Source: an uncultured Erythrobacter sp. (lineage in GTDB: Bacteria > Pseudomonadota > Alphaproteobacteria > Sphingomonadales > Sphingomonadaceae). From it: 64,000 nucleotides of DNA. Within the stretch, counting starts at the first letter, position 1. Every line of letters starts with the position of its first letter. The notes beneath the pieces were generated by a model. That model was not told the origin of the DNA. It saw nothing but the letters and a program-made list of their open reading frames with translations, and ran no database searches. The stretch lies in NCBI GenBank assembly GCA_964439725.1, contig CAYTPY010000002.1:7194-71193 (forward strand). Reading direction: 5' to 3'. The translations under genes were made by a program, and so were the position numbers. This document shows, piece after piece, positions 61,419-64,000 of the stretch.

Positions 61419-63065
61419 GTGGCGGAGAGCTTCACGCCCAAGCTCGTGACCGTCCTGCGCGAAGGCTATGGCTTCAAGGACTTGCGCGCCGACGCCGTCG
61501 CCGGGCTGACCGTCGCGATCGTCGCGCTGCCTCTGGCCATGGCCCTAGGGATTGCCAGCGGTGCCTCGCCCGACCGCGGACTCGTCACCGCAGTCGTGGC
61601 CGGGTTCCTGATCTCGGCCCTGGGCGGTTCGCGTGTGCAGATCGGCGGTCCGACCGGCGCGTTCGTCATCGTCATCTTCAACGTGATCGCCCAGCATGGC
61701 TACGACGGGCTGATCCTGGCGACGCTGCTCGCCGGCGCGATGTTGATCGTCGCCGGCTACGCCAAGCTCGGCAAGCTGATCAAGTTCGTGCCGCACCCGG
61801 TGGTGACCGGCTTCACCGCCGGGATCGCGGTCATTATCGCCTCGACTCAGGTCAGGGACTTTTTCGGTCTGGCCATCGGCGACGTTCCGGCCGAGTTCGT
61901 GCCGCAATGGACGGCCTACTTCGGCGCTCTCGACCTCGTCAGCCTTCCCGCGCTCGCGATCGGCGCGGGTTCGCTCGTGCTGATCGTCGGCTTGCGCAAA
62001 GTCTCGCCGCGCCTGCCGGGCTATTTGATCGCGATCGTCGCCGCGTCGCTGGCGGTGGCGGTGCTCAGCCTGCCGGTGGACACGATCGGCTCGCGCTTTC
62101 CCGACATGCCGTCGGGCTTGCCGATGCCCAGCCTTCCGGAAGTCTCGCTGGCGAAGATCCAGGCCGTGCTGCCCTCGGCCTTCACGATCGCTTTCCTCGC
62201 CGGCATTGAGGCCCTGCTCTCGGCCGTGGTCGCCGACGGAATGGCCGGCACGCGCCACCGTTCGAACCAGGAGCTCGTCGGCCAGGGCGTCGCCAACATC
62301 GCCTCGAGCTTGTTCGCGGGCCTGCCGGCGACCGGCGCGATCGCGCGTACGGCGACCAACATCAAGGCCGGCGGGCGCTCACCGATGGCGGGCATCTTCC
62401 ACGCGGCCTTCCTGCTGATCTTCGTGCTCTTCGCGATGGACCTCATGGCTTACGTGCCGATGGCGGCGCTGGCAGCGATCCTGTTCATGGTCGCCCTGGG
62501 CATGAGCGAATACGAACGCTTCATCAGCCTGCTGCGCATGCCGAACGGCGACCGGGTCGTGCTGCTGCTGACGTTCCTGCTGACGGTCTTCGTCGACTTG
62601 ACCGTGGCGATAGGTGTCGGCGTCACTATCGCTTCGCTCCTGTTCATGATGCGGATGAGCGAATCGGTGCAGATCGAAGCCGGTGCGCCGGCCATCGATC
62701 CCGAGGAAGAGGACGAAGACCGTGACCAGCGCGACGTCCTGCCCGAAGGCGTCGAAGTGTTCCGCATCAACGGGCCGTTCTTCTTCGGGGTGGCGGGCGA
62801 GCTGCTCGACACGCTGCGGCGGGTCGGCCGACGGCCGCGGGCGGTGATCCTGCGCATGCGGCTGGTGCCGTTCCTCGACGCAAGCGGGCTCGCCGCGGTC
62901 GAAGAGCTGGTGAAGCAGGCGGAGATGTCGGGCGCGCGGGTGATCCTCTCGGGCGTCCGGCCGCAGCCGCTCGACATGCTCGAACGCGCGGGCCTGGGGC
63001 CGCGCGCGGGCAAGATCGAATACGCGGCCGACTATCCCGCGGCGATCAGCCTGGCAGAAGTCTGA
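61419..63065 (+). CDS. SulP/SLC26 anion permease with STAS domain
   Basis: D..AGLTVAIVALPLAMA, GGS..QIGGPTGA, GFTAGIA, NQEL.GQG.AN, ATGAIART, INGPFFFG, DASG. Confidence 0.95.
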   Translation: MAESFTPKLVTVLREGYGFKDLRADAVAGLTVAIVALPLAMALGIASGASPDRGLVTAVVAGFLISALGGSRVQIGGPTGAFVIVIFNVIAQHGYDGLILATLLAGAMLIVAGYAKLGKLIKFVPHPVVTGFTAGIAVIIASTQVRDFFGLAIGDVPAEFVPQWTAYFGALDLVSLPALAIGAGSLVLIVGLRKVSPRLPGYLIAIVAASLAVAVLSLPVDTIGSRFPDMPSGLPMPSLPEVSLAKIQAVLPSAFTIAFLAGIEALLSAVVADGMAGTRHRSNQELVGQGVANIASSLFAGLPATGAIARTATNIKAGGRSPMAGIFHAAFLLIFVLFAMDLMAYVPMAALAAILFMVALGMSEYERFISLLRMPNGDRVVLLLTFLLTVFVDLTVAIGVGVTIASLLFMMRMSESVQIEAGAPAIDPEEEDEDRDQRDVLPEGVEVFRINGPFFFGVAGELLDTLRRVGRRPRAVILRMRLVPFLDASGLAAVEELVKQAEMSGARVILSGVRPQPLDMLERAGLGPRAGKIEYAADYPAAISLAEV

Positions 63066-63068
63066 GGT

Positions 63069-64000
63069 TCAATCGCGCACAAGCGCGCGCAGCGCGTCGA
63101 TTCGGTCGGCTTCGTGCGCCGGCTTGTCCCAGCGGATGCGGTGGATACGGGGAAAGCGCATGGCGAGGCCGGACTTATGGCGCTTGCTTTCGTGCACGCT
63201 GTCGAACGCGACTTCGAACACCAGGCTGCGGTCGGTCTCGCGCACCGGCCCGAAGCGGTTGACGGTGTGGTTTCGGACGTAGCGGTCGATCTGCTTCAGT
63301 TCCTCGTCGGTGAAGCCGAAGTAGGCCTTGCCGACCGGCAGCAGGTCGGCGCCCTCGTCGGGATCGCCGTCCCAGCAGCCGAAGGTATAGTCGGAATAGA
63401 AGCTCGACCGCTTGCCGTTGCCGCGCTGCGCATACATCAGCACGCAATCGACCAGCAGCGGATCGCGCTTCCACTTGTACCACAGGCCGGTACGGCGGCC
63501 GGCGACGTAAGGCGAGTCGCGGCGCTTGAGCATCAGGCCTTCGATGGATTCATCGCGGGCGCCGGAGCGGATCTCCGCTAACTCCGCGAAGCTCCCGGCC
63601 TCGACGGTCGCGCTGAGGTCGAACCGCTCCGCCGGCAGGCGCGGCATCAGCGCTTCGAGTCGGGCGCGGCGCTGCGTCCAGGGAAGCTCGCGCAAGTCTT
63701 CGCCCTCGAGGATCAGCACGTCGTAGAGCCGCACGAAGGCCGGGTATTCCTCGAGCATCTTCTTCGACACGGTCTTGCGCCCGAGCCGCTGCTGCAGCGC
63801 GTTGAAGCTCGCCGCGCCTCCGGCCTCTCCGCCCTGATGCGCTCCGCGCACCAGCAGCTCGCCGTCGAGCACCGCGGGGATGCCCAGCGCCTCACCCATT
63901 TCCGGGAAGCTGTGGCTGATGTCGTCGCCGGTGCGCGAATAGAGCCGGGTCTCGCCGCCCGCATGGACGAGCTGCACGCGGATTCCGTCCCACTTCCACT
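63069..64000 (-). CDS. ATP-dependent DNA ligase (5' part outside the window)
   Basis: WKWDGIRVQ motif I at the window edge, LDGELL, EGLMLKR, WYKWK, SDYTFG, SG.AMRFPR..RIRWDK. Confidence 0.95.
   Translation of the reverse strand, partial: WKWDGIRVQLVHAGGETRLYSRTGDDISHSFPEMGEALGIPAVLDGELLVRGAHQGGEAGGAASFNALQQRLGRKTVSKKMLEEYPAFVRLYDVLILEGEDLRELPWTQRRARLEALMPRLPAERFDLSATVEAGSFAELAEIRSGARDESIEGLMLKRRDSPYVAGRRTGLWYKWKRDPLLVDCVLMYAQRGNGKRSSFYSDYTFGCWDGDPDEGADLLPVGKAYFGFTDEELKQIDRYVRNHTVNRFGPVRETDRSLVFEVAFDSVHESKRHKSGLAMRFPRIHRIRWDKPAHEADRIDALRALVRD

Overview
GC-rich alphaproteobacterial chromosome segment. Gene content and order point to Sphingomonadales, probably Erythrobacteraceae (inferred from sequence only). 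The window spans the replication-origin/centromere region: a putative oriC lies between the DUF299/PSRP gene and hemE (about 35.63-35.93 kb), followed by hemE-hemJ-rho and mnmE-mnmG-rsmG-parA-parB with three parS sites. Most other genes are conserved housekeeping genes (purH, rpe, thiS-thiG fusion, ctaA, rplM-rpsI, class I fumarase, pcm-tolC-popZ, erpA, xth, hpf-ptsN, dnaQ-coaE-aroE-maf, carD-fdxA, hemB, ATP-dependent ligase). There is one tRNA-Arg(CCG), followed by a small accessory islet (single-domain response regulator plus PAS/HWE kinase). I found no CRISPR array, intact IS, integrase or prophage. Best leads: (1) a UrcA-family secreted protein preceded by three phased AlgR-like GTTCGTC boxes, next to a LytS/LytTR two-component pair; (2) a coupled lipid kinase plus Tam41-like cytidylyltransferase, a candidate phospho-sphingolipid pathway; (3) an origin-centred domain of relaxed codon usage that starts abruptly inside fadD; (4) a Zur-like box on a MerC-family gene; (5) a long repeat-containing leader on a cell-wall hydrolase. 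All calls come from motif recognition by eye; no searches or computations were run.
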